NCBI GenBank assembly: GCA_964016885.1
Contig: OZ024745.1
Location: forward strand, 120,466,001 to 120,530,000
Direction of reading: 5' to 3'
DNA from: Eledone cirrhosa
Lineage: Eukaryota
DNA length: 64,000 nucleotides
Positions within the stretch are counted from its first letter, which is position 1, and every line of letters starts with the position of its first letter. The notes beneath the pieces are model-generated. The model was not told the DNA's origin. It saw nothing but the letters and a program-made list of their open reading frames with translations, and did not search any database. A program made the position numbers and the translations under genes. Shown here in pieces: positions 62,804-64,000 of the stretch.

Positions 62804-63230
62804 TTCTTCTTCTTGTCATGTCCACAAGAGTGTCAGTCACAAAGCTTGGCTAGATGTGGTTCTGCCAGAGTTGAACACATTGTTGTCCTTTCTCATTAAA
62901 CTCTGACAAGTCCAATGCTGTACAGGGGTGTTCCAACAGGGGGAATATCAAGAGGTGCTGCCACATTGCTGTCCTTTCTCATTAAACTCTGCCAAGTCGA
63001 ATGCTGTGCAGGGGTGTTCCAGGCAGGAGGCATATCAGGAGGTGCTGATAGTCTGTGGTTCGATGTCACAATCACACACAACGTCCCACATTTAAATATC
63101 CCCATTTTGCAAGAGTGACTTTTGCATGTCCAACACTAGATCTTAATCTCTTTAGGCATTTCCACACTGCATAGTTTGTATCTGCTCCAGGGGTGGCAGT
63201 GCCTCACTTACCTTTAACTCCATTGTTGTT
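62804..63230 (-). mobile_element. Ingi/Vingi-like LINE 3' end with an internal partial tandem duplication
   Basis: WKCLKRLRSSVGHAKVTLAKWGY...CDCDIEPQT..H...C C-terminal motif; (GAA)n tail at 62804. Confidence 0.65.
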
Positions 63231-63877
63231 ACTGTAATGAAGTTTAACTTCACTTTAGTAGATGAGAGAGTCTCACTTCCTTTCTCTCACTCTCTTATTC
63301 ACTGGAAGAAATCTGCTGTATTCAAACCTGGAGAGGATTGGGCTCTGCCAGGTTTTAAAAAATGCCCTAAGAAATACCAAATGCCAATATGGTGCCCCTA
63401 CAACACCCCCATACAACAGGTCCATACCATACTAGATGAGAGATAGGTTTACTCCTGGATAGGATGCTGGTTCATTGAATATAGTTATAAGTTTCATATA
63501 TTACAATTATCTCATAGCTCGCCGAAGTTGGCTTTGCCTTTCATCTTTACAGGGTCAATAAAATAAAGTACCAGTAATGCACTGAGATTATTGCTAGCCT
63601 AATGCCTAAAGTAGAAACAATTATTATATTTCAACTAGCAGAAACATTGCCCTCAAGGTGGTTTTCTTTTAGTCAATGTATACAAATGTATGAAAAGGGA
63701 AAACTATATTTTTCACAAGCAAATGATATGAAATTTCACCAACATATCTCATATTACAGTTTATTTAATTTAATAATATTTCTTCTCTATAGAACAAACA
63801 AGATAGACACATTGACCCAGAAACACACACCTATATATATAAGAAAATGTTCAGAGGAAATGTTCAAAGGAAATGTT

Positions 63878-63955
63878 CAGAGCTCAAGACGTTTTGACAA
63901 CTACTTCTGGACTAAATTCAGTCCAGAAATAGCCGTCGAAACGGCTTGAGCTCTG
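63878..63955. repeat. 78-bp imperfect palindrome
   Basis: CAGAGCTCAAG...TTCTGGACT-AAATTC-AGTCCAGAA...CTTGAGCTCTG. Confidence 0.9.
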
Positions 63956-64000
63956 CTGTCGGGGTCTTAAACATTTTCCTACTACCCACTCTACTACCCA

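Overview
This is AT-rich, repeat-dense animal genomic DNA. The repeat landscape (RTE LINEs with GAT tails, Deu/Nin- and Meta-domain tRNA SINEs, long TA microsatellites) suggests an octopus-like cephalopod, which is an inference. Two spliced genes can be assembled by hand, both on the minus strand with canonical GT-AG introns and consistent phases. The first is the 5' five exons of CNPPD1 (18657 to 3629, continuing off the left edge). The second is the last eight exons of an abLIM/unc-115-type actin-binding protein ending in a villin headpiece (61911 to 37332; its 5' part lies beyond the right edge). The rest is mostly decayed transposons: RTE, L1/Tx1, CR1, CRE, Vingi-like, Penelope, Gypsy, mariner, hAT, piggyBac-type MITEs and Helitrons, plus tandem repeats. 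The most notable signal is a set of Penelope-type hammerhead ribozyme motifs and foldback palindromes. They include a 339-bp hairpin with one hammerhead on each strand, two palindromes whose axis looks like the hammerhead stem II, and a similar foldback built around a tRNA-like cloverleaf with a GGC anticodon. Also notable are a LINE-derived 61-bp minisatellite with a higher-order repeat, a Helitron head-to-tail junction and a 5'-inverted RTE-group insertion with a 46-bp flanking duplication. Transposon boundaries are approximate, and family names come from motif recall, not database searches.
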